Assembly (NCBI RefSeq): GCF_026626665.1 | Contig: NZ_JAPNKE010000002.1 | Span: 1,357,204 to 1,421,203, forward strand | Origin: Nannocystis pusilla | Lineage (GTDB): Bacteria; Myxococcota_A; Polyangia; Nannocystales; Nannocystaceae | Direction: 5' to 3' | Length of the DNA: 64,000 bases | In this document: positions 8,363 through 19,754 of the stretch, piece by piece | Position numbering within the stretch: position 1 is the first letter of the stretch | Layout: each line of letters starts with the position of its first letter | Program-made: the position numbers and the translations under genes | Notes under the pieces: generated by a model | Seen by the model: only the letters and a program-made list of their open reading frames with translations | What the model was told of the DNA's origin: nothing | The model's database searches: none

Positions 8363-9995
8363 ATGGTCGCGGTGGTGCTCGTCAACCTCGACGCGATCGA
8401 CTGGAAGTCCCTGCGCCACGCCTACGGAGAGGCGAGCGACGTGCCGAAGCTGATCCGCGCGCTCGTCAGCGATCACCCCGGCAAGCGGGAGGGCGCGCTC
8501 GACGCGTTGTTCTCGACGATCTGGCACCAGGGCACGGTGTACTCGGCGAGCCCCGCCGCGGTGCCGTTCCTGGTCGAGCTGCTCGAGGCCGACCAGCAGG
8601 AGGATCTGCCGGCGATCCTCGAGCTGCTGGCGCACCTCGCCACCGGCACGCCCGACGAGGACGCCGAGGCGCTGCCCAACGCCGCCACCGCCGCGCGCGA
8701 GGCCGTGTCGAAGGGGATCTCCGTCTACGCGCGCCGCCTCGGCCACCCCGAGCCGGCGGTCCGCGTGGCCGCGGCGTACTTGCTCGGGCTGTTCGCGGTC
8801 GAGGCGGCCCGCGCCCCGCTCGCCGCGGCCGTCGAGGACGACTCCGAGCCGGCGGTCCGCGCCGTGGCAGCGTTCGCGCTCGGCTGCATCGCCGACCCGG
8901 CCCGCGCCGACGCGCTGCGCGAGCGGCTGGTCGACATCAGCGAGCACCCCGCGGTGCGCCTCTACGCCGGCCTCGGCCTGTCGCGCGGCGGCGCCCCTGG
9001 AAGGCCCGCAGTTCGCCGCGCTCGCCGAGTTGGTCGAAGACGTCGATCTGTTCGGCCAGCTCGACGAGCTCCACGACAACGCCGCGCGCATGAGCTACGG
9101 CCCGCTCGCCGACGGCCTCCTGCGCCTGCCCGCGGCGGCGCGCCTGCGCCTGGCCCCCGCGCTCGGGCGTGCCCTCGAGGCGGTCCGCGGCCGCGACGCG
9201 CTCGGCCTGGCCACCGCGCTGCTCGGGCTCACCTTCGCCGACGCGAGCGTGCCCGCGGGGGCCGGCGCGGAGGTCCTCGGCGAGGTCCAGCGCCAGGTGC
9301 TGGCGAGCCTCGTGCGCGCGCCGGCGGCCTGGCGCTACGCCAACATCGGCACCGCGCTGGCCGACATCGGCCTCGCGCCGGAGCTGACCGAGCGCGCCCC
9401 GCTGGCCGAGTGGCTCGGCGTCGACGCCGGCGAGCTGGCCGAGGACGACGAGGACGACGAGGGCGACGAGGCCGGCGAGGGCGACGAGGACGACGAGGAC
9501 GGCGGCGTCGACGTCGAGGCGCCCGAGCCCGACCTCGGTGAGCTCGACCGGATCGGCCGCTTCGTCGCCTGTCTCGACGGCCAGGACTGGCGCGAGGCCC
9601 GGCAGTGGTTCGCCTTCTATCAGCAGATGCGCGGAGTCGCCCGCGTCGAGCCGCCGGCGATCGGCCGCTACTTCGGCGCCCACGCCAACCTCGAGGCCGG
9701 CTACTGGCTGTACGACCGCGAGCTGTCGCGCTCCCTCGGCACCTGCGTCCCGCTCGAGCACATCCGCCTGGCCGTCGGGCGCAAGGACTCCGACGATCAG
9801 GTGGCCCTGCGGATCCGCGTCGACGACGGCTGCCTCGACGCCGTCCTCGCCGCGATCGTCCGCCACCAGGACCGCGTCACCCCGACCGACTTCACCGCCC
9901 TGGCGATCGACCTCATCGGCGCCGCCCCCGAGGTGTTGCTGGAGACCGGCCGAGCCCAGCGCGCCCGCCTCGGTCGCGCTGCCGGCAGCGCCTGA
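8363..9995 (+). CDS. HEAT-repeat (PBS-lyase-like) protein with an acidic linker; apparent -1 frameshift near 8990-9000
   Basis: HEAT-like repeats run to ...EHPAVRLYAGLGLSRGG in the frame of ORF 8363..9541. Sensible sequence then continues only in the frame of ORF 9030..9995 (APLEGPQFAALAELVEDVDLFGQLDEL...). The junction lies in a GCCCCTGG homopolymer run. Confidence 0.5.
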
Positions 9996-10980
9996 CGGGC
10001 AGGGCCGCCGCGTCGGGCCGTCCATCCCATTGAAGAGCAGGAGACGGGCCGTCGCCGGGGGCCCCGCGGCGGTCCGCGTCTTGGATGGTGGCGGGGCCGT
10101 CGGGCCCGCGTGGCTGTCACTCTTGGCGACGCGAACGACGGATGGGTGGCGTCGCGTCGGCCCGACGGGTCGGGCGGCCGTCTCCTACTTTTAGGGTCAA
10201 AGAGGGCAGAAGGTCTGCGTCGCCGTGGCTTGGGGGCCCGTCGGGTCCGTATGGCCGTCTCCTACTTTTATGGTGGGAGAGGGGGACTGGCCGGTCGACC
10301 TCGCATGGCCGTGCACTACGGGCAGAGGGAGACGGCGCCTGGCGGGACCATGCCAGTCGGTCGGGCCCGGTGGCTGTGAACCGCTGGATCGATGGAGGCG
10401 GCTCCTGTCACCGACGGGACCGCTGAATTGCCGCTCCTTTCGCTCGCTACATGCCCTTCCGCGAGCGCCGGGGGCCTGCGAGGGTGGACCACCACGAGGG
10501 GTTCTTCCGGGGGTGCCGCCCCGCATGTCTCCGGGGACATATGGTGACAGTCGCGGCGGGCGGCAATCCTCGGATGTCTCTCGGAACATGTGTCCTTTTC
10601 GCCGCGAAATATTTTCCTGCACCTCGCGCGCCAGCCGCTGGCGGACGGGCGCCGCGGCGCTCTCGCGGGTCCGGCGGTTCGACCGCCGGGCCCCGCGAGC
10701 GCGGACGGGGTATGGCGAATCATCGCATGTCTCGAGAGACATCCCAACGCCGAGGCCGGCGGCTGCGGCGGTCCGCGCGCGGCGAGCTCGGCGGTCCGCA
10801 GCATTCGCATGACTCGAAGGACATCGCCATAGAAGTGTTCCTGCGTTCGAGTCGCAGGTGCGGGTGTGCGGCGGCCTGGTCCAAAGACCTTGCACCTCCG
10901 CAAGCCCGACCGCGGCTGCAGAGTGTGCACGGCGCGGCGCACTATCGCCGGCGACGCGTCGCGCATAGAGTCCGGCTCCC

Positions 10981-13215
10981 ATGCGTAGGATTGTTCTGCC
11001 TCTCCCCCTCTCGGTCGCCCTCGCGACCCTCGCCGCTTGCGGCGACGATGCGACCGTCGACACCACCGCGTCGACCTCCGAGACCTCGACCACCGACGAC
11101 TCCACCAGCACGAGCCCGGGTCCGACCAGCGACGCGCCGACCACCGGCGTGCCGACCACGACCGACGCGACGACGTCGACGAGCACGACCGACGCGACCA
11201 GCACGACGACGGACGACACGACGACCACCACGTCGACGACGGACGACACGACGACGACGACGACCGACACGACCGACACGACCACCGCCGCCGACAACTG
11301 CGGCGACGGCGTGATCGAGGATCCCGAGGTGTGTGACGGCGCCGCGCTGGCCGATCAGGACTGCGTCAGCCAGGGCTTCGACAGCGGCACCCTCGCGTGC
11401 GCGGCCGATTGCAGCGCGTTCGACATCAGCGGGTGCGTCCTGGCCTCGTGCGGCAACGGCTCGATCGAGGGCGAAGAGGCGTGCGACGGCGAGGACCTGG
11501 CCGGGCAAGACTGCGTGTCGCAGGGCTTCGAGAGCGGCACCCTGACGTGCATGGAGAACACCTGCGTGTTCGAGCTGGGCGGGTGCTTCACCTGCGGCGA
11601 CGGCAACATCTCGGGCACCGAGGTGTGCGACGGCACCGAGGTCGGCGGCGAGGACTGCGTCAGCCAGGGCTTCGAGACCGGTCAGATCGCCTGCGCAGCC
11701 GACTGCAGCGCGCTCGACACCAGCGACTGCAGCACCTGCGGCGACAACGCCCTGAGCGGCGCCGAGGAGTGCGACGGCGCCCTGCTCGGCGCCGCCACCT
11801 GTCAGACGCAGGGCGCCGACTACGGCACCCTCAAGTGCTCGGCCGACTGCGGCTTCGACCTCTCGGCGTGCATCACCGCCGTCTCCGAGATGGAGCCGAA
11901 CGACGACGGCATGGTCGCCACCAGCACCAACGACTTCAGCGCCGCCAACGCCAACGGCCCGTTCACCGGCGACACGCTGATCAAGGCGAAGATCACCCCG
12001 GTCGGCGACGACGACGTGTTCGCCGTGCAGAACACCGGCGACGGCTACGCCACGCTGCGGCTCGAGACCTTCAGCATCGAGGGCCCGGGCACCTGCACCA
12101 CCATCGACACGGTGATCGACATCCGCACCGCCGCCAACGTGCTCCTCGTCACCGACGATCAGAGCGGCATCAACAACTGCTCGCTCATCACCAACTACCC
12201 GCTGGCGCCGGGCGAGACCGTCTACGTGCGGGTGTACGACTACCTCGACAACACCGTCATCGACAACTACCTGCTCGACATCCAGCTCGACCCGGTCATT
12301 TGCGGCGATGGGGCGCTCGGCCCCGGCGAGCAGTGCGACGACGGCAACGGGGCCAACGGCGACGGCTGCAGCGACGTTTGCAAGGTCGAGGGCGCGACCG
12401 CCGAGATCGAGCCCAACAACACCAACGCGCAGGCCGACGGGACCGGGATCGTGTCGACCGGCAACTCGCTGTTCGCCGGCGCGATCACGCCGGTCGCCGA
12501 CGTCGACCGCTACCGCCTCGACCTCGCCGCCGCGAGCTTCCTGCGCCTCGAGAGCTTCACCGCGCTGAACGACTGCGCCGGCATCAACACGGTGCTGCGG
12601 CTGTTCGACAGCAACAACGTCTCGATCATCGCCGACACCGCCAACTCGGGCATCAGCAACTGCTCGTCGCTGGTGTTCCCGGTGCCCGCCGGCACCAGCT
12701 ACATCCACCTCGAGGAGAACGGCAACAACGCCGTCATCAACAGCTACTTCCTCCAGGCCGCGGTGCTGTCCGACGCGGGCGCCGAGACCGAGCCGAACGA
12801 GACCCTCGCGGCCGCCAACGTCAACCTGCAGAACGGCTCCGACCTGCAGGTGTTCGGCGACCACGCGGTCAACACCGACTCCGACTACTACCGCATCGAC
12901 GTCCCGGTGGCCGGCAGCTCGCTGCGCCTCGAGATCATCGAGGGCGACCGCACCGTCGAGACGTGCGAGAGCAACGGCGTCGACTCGCGCCTGACCCTGT
13001 ACACCGCGGGCGGCGTCGAGATCGCCAACGACGACGACGACGGCCGCGGCTTCTGCTCGATGATCGACGGCACCGGCAACACGCCGCTGGACGCCGGCGC
13101 GCACAACCTGGCCGCCGGGACCTACTACGTCCAGGTGCGCGCGTCGACGTTCTCGCAGAACGGCGCCGCCGGCCAGTTCATCTACCGGCTGGCCGCCACC
13201 GTGCGCAAGCCGTGA
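10981..13215 (+). CDS. Secreted lipoprotein: Thr/Ser-rich linker, about 6 Myxococcus cysteine-rich repeats, three pre-peptidase C-terminal (PPC)-like domains
   Basis: Signal peptide plus lipobox (LATLAAC). Repeated CGDGxxxxxExCDG...DCxxQGF units. EPNDD / EPNNT / EPNET ... YY modules typical of PPC domains. Confidence 0.8.
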   Translation: MRRIVLPLPLSVALATLAACGDDATVDTTASTSETSTTDDSTSTSPGPTSDAPTTGVPTTTDATTSTSTTDATSTTTDDTTTTTSTTDDTTTTTTDTTDTTTAADNCGDGVIEDPEVCDGAALADQDCVSQGFDSGTLACAADCSAFDISGCVLASCGNGSIEGEEACDGEDLAGQDCVSQGFESGTLTCMENTCVFELGGCFTCGDGNISGTEVCDGTEVGGEDCVSQGFETGQIACAADCSALDTSDCSTCGDNALSGAEECDGALLGAATCQTQGADYGTLKCSADCGFDLSACITAVSEMEPNDDGMVATSTNDFSAANANGPFTGDTLIKAKITPVGDDDVFAVQNTGDGYATLRLETFSIEGPGTCTTIDTVIDIRTAANVLLVTDDQSGINNCSLITNYPLAPGETVYVRVYDYLDNTVIDNYLLDIQLDPVICGDGALGPGEQCDDGNGANGDGCSDVCKVEGATAEIEPNNTNAQADGTGIVSTGNSLFAGAITPVADVDRYRLDLAAASFLRLESFTALNDCAGINTVLRLFDSNNVSIIADTANSGISNCSSLVFPVPAGTSYIHLEENGNNAVINSYFLQAAVLSDAGAETEPNETLAAANVNLQNGSDLQVFGDHAVNTDSDYYRIDVPVAGSSLRLEIIEGDRTVETCESNGVDSRLTLYTAGGVEIANDDDDGRGFCSMIDGTGNTPLDAGAHNLAAGTYYVQVRASTFSQNGAAGQFIYRLAATVRKP

Positions 13216-13336
13216 CGCCGGGCGCCCGCTCCGGGCGCGCCGCTCACGAACGACGGCCATGTCCTGCGGGACATGGCCGTTCGGCCATTGTCGAACGGAC
13301 ATGTCGCCGCGGACACGGCCGCCGCGCCGGCCCGAC

Positions 13337-13669
13337 CTACGGGATCTTGCGCAGCCGGACGTCGCCGGCGGGCCCGGCGATGTCGGTGAAGATGCCGGAC
13401 AGGCTGGTCGGGCTCTCGACCTTGCCGACGTAGAGCGCGTGGTAGCCGGTCTTCTCGTTGACCTGGCGGATCGAGAACAGGGTCCCGCGCGGCGACGAGT
13501 ACAGCGTGCCCTGGAAGTGGCTCGGGTCGTCGCCGGGGAACACGTAGCGGCCGACGAAGTGCTCGGGGTCGAGCTGGATGATGATCAGCTCGGACGGCAC
13601 TGTCGTGGGCGCGAGCTGCCCGTTGAGGGTCCGATCGAAGCTGAATTCCCAACGTCCGCTGAGGTCCAT
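13337..13669 (-). CDS. Hypothetical small protein (110 aa)
   Basis: Coding-like composition (MDLSGRWEFSFDRTLNGQLAPTTVPSELIIIQLDPEHFVGRYVF...). The overlapping ORFs are Arg-rich noise. Confidence 0.5.
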   Translation of the reverse strand: MDLSGRWEFSFDRTLNGQLAPTTVPSELIIIQLDPEHFVGRYVFPGDDPSHFQGTLYSSPRGTLFSIRQVNEKTGYHALYVGKVESPTSLSGIFTDIAGPAGDVRLRKIP

Positions 13670-13765
13670 AGGGGCTCCCGAGGCCCGACCGTAGGCGCCC
13701 GCACGGCGCCAGTCAATGCCCCCGCGCGCGCGTTCGCCAGCGCGCGCGGCGGGGCGGCCGCGGCA

Positions 13766-15076
13766 CTAGTTGTCCTCGTTCGGCTGGACGCTCTCGCGGT
13801 AGCTGACGAGCGGCTTGTCGTCGTCGAGCAGGGTGCCGATGAAGTCGCCGAGGTCGACGCCCTGCTCCTCGATCTCCGTGTCGAGGTACGAGATGATCGA
13901 CACGCAGTGGCTGTCGTTGAGGCCGCGCCAGTAGGGCAGGTAGTACGCCATGTTCGGGTGCGGTTCGTACAGCGCGGTCATGAGGTCGGTGTCCTCGGCC
14001 CAGTACTCGAGGATCTTCTCCTTCGTCATGTCCGGGTAGAAGCGCTCGTACGAGTAGCGCGAGTAGTTGAAGTCGCGCTGGAAGAACACGGTGCTGAGGC
14101 GGTCGTCGGGGTAGAGCGCGGCGAGGTGGGTGTTCAGCACGCCGAAGTCGTCGTCGATCTCGTAGCCGGGCGGCAGCTCGCTGAACACCGAGTCCACGTT
14201 CCACGAGGAGCGGATCTTCTCGTGCAGCTTGGAGGACCAGCCGCCGCTCGGGAAGATCGGGCCCGAGTCGTCCATCAGGTAGCCGCGCTGGGCGTCGATG
14301 CGCGAGCGGAAGAAGTGGTAGTTGATGAGCGAGCCGGCCCCGCCCGCGCTGCAGCCGGTGACGAACAGCCGGTCGGTGCCCGGGAACTGGGTCGCCATCC
14401 AGTCGGTCGCCGCGATCACGTTGTTGTGACCGTTGTGGTGGAACTCGAGGTCGGGCTCGACGCCCTCGGGGTCCTGGTAGACGATCACGTTGTTGCCCGT
14501 GTGCACGTCGCCGGTGCAGTAGGGCATGAACACCAGGTTCCAGTCCTTGGTGAGGCCCTCGACGTCGCGGCGCATCAGCGGCGACAGGTTCTTCGTCAGC
14601 GGGTCGTAGAGGAGGTCGTCGGGGACGCCGTCCGGGTGCGCGGCGCCGAGGTCGGCCTTGCCGGAGCAGGTGTCGAAGTCCCAACAGGCGCCGCCCGGCT
14701 CGAGCATCACCAGCAGGTCCTTGGCGCCCTCGTGCCAGTTGACGAAGATCTTGTACTGGCTGCCGTTGCCGCACACCGCTCCCTCGAGCGGGACCGTGAT
14801 CCACTGGTCGTAGGCGGGCGGCTCGATCGGCCCGCCCGTGGTGGTATCGCTGGTGGTCGTGTCGGAAGAGGTGGTGGTCGGCGCGTCCGTCGTGCCGTCG
14901 GTGGTGGTCCCGCTGGTCGGCTCGGCGGTGGTCCCGGTCGGACTCGTCGACGTGTCCGTGTCCGGGATCACCGCGGTCCCGCTCCCCGTGGTGCCGTCGT
15001 CGCCGCAGCCCGTAAACAGCGCCAAAACACCCACGAGCGCGAGCCCGTCTCGCGACAACCTTTTCTCGAAGTTCAT
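13766..15076 (-). CDS. Pectin acetylesterase (PAE/Notum)-family lipoprotein
   Basis: MNFEKRLSRDGLALVGVLALFTGC lipobox; Thr-rich linker; GCSAGG motif with conserved Cys pattern. A GGAGCGG RBS precedes the ATG at 15076. Confidence 0.7.
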   Translation of the reverse strand: MNFEKRLSRDGLALVGVLALFTGCGDDGTTGSGTAVIPDTDTSTSPTGTTAEPTSGTTTDGTTDAPTTTSSDTTTSDTTTGGPIEPPAYDQWITVPLEGAVCGNGSQYKIFVNWHEGAKDLLVMLEPGGACWDFDTCSGKADLGAAHPDGVPDDLLYDPLTKNLSPLMRRDVEGLTKDWNLVFMPYCTGDVHTGNNVIVYQDPEGVEPDLEFHHNGHNNVIAATDWMATQFPGTDRLFVTGCSAGGAGSLINYHFFRSRIDAQRGYLMDDSGPIFPSGGWSSKLHEKIRSSWNVDSVFSELPPGYEIDDDFGVLNTHLAALYPDDRLSTVFFQRDFNYSRYSYERFYPDMTKEKILEYWAEDTDLMTALYEPHPNMAYYLPYWRGLNDSHCVSIISYLDTEIEEQGVDLGDFIGTLLDDDKPLVSYRESVQPNEDN

Positions 15077-15255
15077 GCCACCGCTCCTCAGGTCGTCCAC
15101 GGTAGCAAAACTCACCTGCCGTTCGCGAGACCCCGGAAACGCTGTGTTTCGTGCGTTTCCACGGCGAGTAGAAACCCCTCGCGCGATACTGCCCGATCAC
15201 ACCCACAGGGGCCCACCGCTTGGTCAGGCCTCGCTCGTAGTGCCATGGTAGGGCG

Positions 15256-16752
<1,497 letters not shown>

Positions 16753-16988
16753 GCGGAAGCGAGGAGGGCCCGGGTCGCCGCTCCGGGACGCGGGGCTGCG
16801 AGGGACGTCGGGCCTCGGCGGCCGCTTCGGCGAGCTTCATGCGGCGCGGACGTCGAGGGCGGCGAGGCTTCACGGGTCGCGTGCTCGGCTCGACAGGCGC
16901 CGGAAGGTCCGGGATGTCTGCACGGACATGTCCGGTGGAGCATGTCGTATCATTTATGTCTCTATGGACATGCTTTAAAGCATGTCCC

Positions 16989-17708
16989 TCAGAACCGGCC
17001 GGCGAGCGACAGGCCGACGAAGCGGGGGGTCACGCTCGGCTCGAGCCGCAGCTCGCTCAGGCGCGAGACCCGGACGGCGCGGGCGTACGAGACGCCGTAG
17101 GCGAGCAGGCCGGCGCCGGCGACGGTGAGCGACTGGCCGGCGGCGGTCAGCACCAGCCAGGCGCTCCAGCGGTCGCGGACGCAGCTCTCCGTCAGCGTGC
17201 CCTCCTGGCGGCAGCTCTCGGCCCCGAACCTGTCGCGCCACAGGGCCACCCGCGAGCCGACGTACATCGCCAGGCCGAGGGCGAGCAGACCGGCGCCGCC
17301 GCCGAGGTAGGCCGGGGCGATCTTCTCGCGGCGCTCGTGCCGGGCCCGGTTCCACGCCGTGAAGCGGCCGCGCACGGTCCCGCCGCCGGCCGCCAGCCCG
17401 ATCGCGGCGAAGTTGAACAGCGGGGCCACGGTCGAGAAGCCGAGGTAGCGCAGCGACTCGTCGACGCAGCCGGTGACCGTGACCTGCAGCTCGGGGAAGA
17501 CGAACTGCTGGCCGCCGCAGCCGCGGCGGAGGATGCCGATCCGCCACACGTGCGCGGCGAGCCCGAGGCCGCCCGCGACGCCGGCGCTGACCAGGAGGCC
17601 GAGGCCCGACAGAGGCATCGCCGGCGGCAGCTCGCGCGCGGGCGCGGGCGCGGGCCCGACCGGCCGGACGAGCGTGAGCGACACGAACAGGGCGAGCGCG
17701 GGCGACAT
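16989..17708 (-). CDS. Hypothetical membrane protein
   Basis: ATG at 17708 (MSPALALFVSLTLV...) with four predicted TM segments. The 5' extension of ORF 16989..18131 is translation of the tandem repeat array and is rejected. Confidence 0.45.
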   Translation of the reverse strand: MSPALALFVSLTLVRPVGPAPAPARELPPAMPLSGLGLLVSAGVAGGLGLAAHVWRIGILRRGCGGQQFVFPELQVTVTGCVDESLRYLGFSTVAPLFNFAAIGLAAGGGTVRGRFTAWNRARHERREKIAPAYLGGGAGLLALGLAMYVGSRVALWRDRFGAESCRQEGTLTESCVRDRWSAWLVLTAAGQSLTVAGAGLLAYGVSYARAVRVSRLSELRLEPSVTPRFVGLSLAGRF

Positions 17709-17939
17709 CGCCGCAAGGTGAGGGCGATCGCGGATCGACGCCAGCGCGCGCGGCGGTCCGCGAGGTCGCCGGAATCGTCGGTGTGCGCGGCGTCGCAGCG
17801 AGCAGGTGCGCGGCGCGAGGCGGGCGACCGGGCGGAGGAGGTCTCGAAGGACATGTCGATGACGCGGGCCGCAGTCGAGGCTCGGAGCTGGCGCAGCGGC
17901 GCGGCGACCAGGACGTGCCGTTCGTCGAGCGGCCGCGGC

Positions 17940-18140
17940 GCGACGTGGCGAAGAGGACATGTCAGAACGGCCATGGCGCGCGGGTGAGCCCGTGTGCCGA
18001 CGTGGCGAAGAGGACATGTCGGAACGGACATGGCGAACGGGTGAGCCCGCGGGCCGACGTGGCGAAGAGGACATGTCGGAACGGACATGGCGAACGGGTG
18101 AGCCCGCGGGCCGACGTGGCGAAGAGGACATGTCGGAGCG
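17940..18140. repeat. Tandem array (~62 bp unit, about 3.3 copies) built from the CATGTCC...GGACATG dyad motif
   Basis: GAAGAGGACATGTCGGAACGGACATGGCGAACGGGTGAGCCCGCGGGCCGACGTGGC repeated. It translates as the MSSSPRRPAGSPVRHVRSD x3 artefact on the minus strand and MSERTWRTGEPAGRRGEED x3 on the plus strand. Confidence 0.7.
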
Positions 18141-18182
18141 GACATGCGACCAGCGGTCCGCCCTGCCGAGCGGCGGCGCGGC

Positions 18183-19280
18183 TCAGATCTCCGGCGACTC
18201 GCAGGTCTCCTTCGGCGTGAGCGTGACGAAGGCGAGCAGGCCGTCCTCGCCGGCGATCAGCGCGCCGACGGTGCTGCCGCGGGAGACCACGCGAGCGCCG
18301 GCGCCGACCGGCGTGGGCTCGGCGAGCATGGAGGACTCGGGCCACCCGCCGAGCGTGCCGTCGTCGTAGAGGGCGGTGAAGATGTCGTAGACGCGGGCGA
18401 GGCCGAGGACCGGGATCGCAGGGTCGTCCGGGTAGAACGAGACCTCCTTGGCGGCCTGATGCAGGACCTTGCCGGTGGCGGTGACGACGGCGGCCTCGTC
18501 GTAGACCTCGGCGATCCGCACGAGGTCCTCGGTCGTGCCGGTGTCGACGCGGGCCCAGGTGAGGCCGGCGTCGACGCTGTGGACCGCCAGGCCGCCGTCG
18601 CCGACCGCGACCAGCGGACTGCCGGTGACGGCGCGGAACGAGCCGGTGGCGGCCGGATCGAGGGCGACCGGCTGCCAGGTCGCGCCGGCGTCGGCGGAGC
18701 GCACGATCACGCCGTCGCCGACGGCGACCCCGTGCAGCGAGAGCTCGCCGTCGACGATGAAGTTGAAGAACACGACGTCGCGCAGCGCGGCCTCGGTGCC
18801 GAGATCGACGGGGACCCAGGTGTCGCCGCCGTCATCGCTGCGGTGGGCGACACCGCCGTCGCCGACGACCATCCAGCGGTCGAGATCGATCCGCTCGACC
18901 CGCTTGAGGGCCGGATCTGCGGGCAGCGCGAGAGGATGGAACACGCCGCCGTCGTCGGGGCGGAACAGTCGACCGTCGGCGGTCAGGGCGAGCGCGGTCT
19001 TCGGGCCGAGCGCGGCGACCGAGACGAACTCGACCGCCTCGTCCGCCTTCAGCGGGGTGACGTCGAGGAGGTAGACGAAGTCCTCGCAGCCGGGGGTGCC
19101 CTCGGTGACCGTGGGCGACTCCTCGGTCGGGTCGGGCAGGCCGGTGGTCGGCGACGAGGTCGAGGACGACGAGGATGAGGAGGTCGAGCTCGACGATGCG
19201 CCGTCGGTGTCGGCGTCGGGTTTGGAGCAGGCGAGGGCCAGCGTCGGCAGCACGAGCAGGAGCGAGCGAAGCGAAGTCAT
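18183..19280 (-). CDS. BNR/Ycf48-like repeat lipoprotein (putative beta-propeller)
   Basis: MTSLRSLLLVLPTLALAC lipobox; poly-Ser linker; repeated DGGDTW / DAGATW / DAGLTW motifs. Confidence 0.7.
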   Translation of the reverse strand: MTSLRSLLLVLPTLALACSKPDADTDGASSSSTSSSSSSSTSSPTTGLPDPTEESPTVTEGTPGCEDFVYLLDVTPLKADEAVEFVSVAALGPKTALALTADGRLFRPDDGGVFHPLALPADPALKRVERIDLDRWMVVGDGGVAHRSDDGGDTWVPVDLGTEAALRDVVFFNFIVDGELSLHGVAVGDGVIVRSADAGATWQPVALDPAATGSFRAVTGSPLVAVGDGGLAVHSVDAGLTWARVDTGTTEDLVRIAEVYDEAAVVTATGKVLHQAAKEVSFYPDDPAIPVLGLARVYDIFTALYDDGTLGGWPESSMLAEPTPVGAGARVVSRGSTVGALIAGEDGLLAFVTLTPKETCESPEI

Positions 19281-19754
19281 GGCAGTCCCTTCAATTGGTC
19301 GAGAGCTGCCGGAGCTGTCAATCGCCGGCGACGCATCACGCGGGGCGCTGTGGTGATTGCCCGCGGTGGCGGTCGCGCCCGCGGCGCCTGCCAGACGCGG
19401 CGCACGGCCGACGGGCCTCCGGCGTGGGTCGGCGGCGCCCCAGCCGGGCTCGAATGCAGGCAGCGCCGCGTCTCCGTTCGCGCGCCGACCTGGCATGGCA
19501 ATGACTGGACTCCGCACTCGCGGTGAATGTCCATGTAGACATGTTCGATGGGACAGATCGGAGGCGGCTCTTCGTATGCCGCGGCGACGGCCGTGGCCGA
19601 GCGCTGCGGATGGGCGCGGCGCCGGCGTTCGCAGGAGTGTGGGCTGTCGGCGCGCGGATCGACGCGGCCCCGCGCTCGCATCCGCCCGGCAGCGCCCGCG
19701 GCCCGCGCGACCGTGCGCGTTCCCTCGGCCCGGCAAACGGCGGACAATGAGGCG

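Noticed and set aside
8297-10194. ORFs 8297..9091(-), 8937..10025(-), 9538..10194(+), 9605..10033(+)
   Set aside because: Their composition is Arg/Ala/Pro-rich with no motifs. They are antisense or out of frame relative to the HEAT-repeat gene. This is typical of spurious open frames in 70% GC DNA.
17940-18140. Possible CRISPR array
   Set aside because: The repeats are contiguous ~62-bp units with no unique spacers, they are internally palindromic, and no cas genes are nearby. This is a tandem repeat, not CRISPR.
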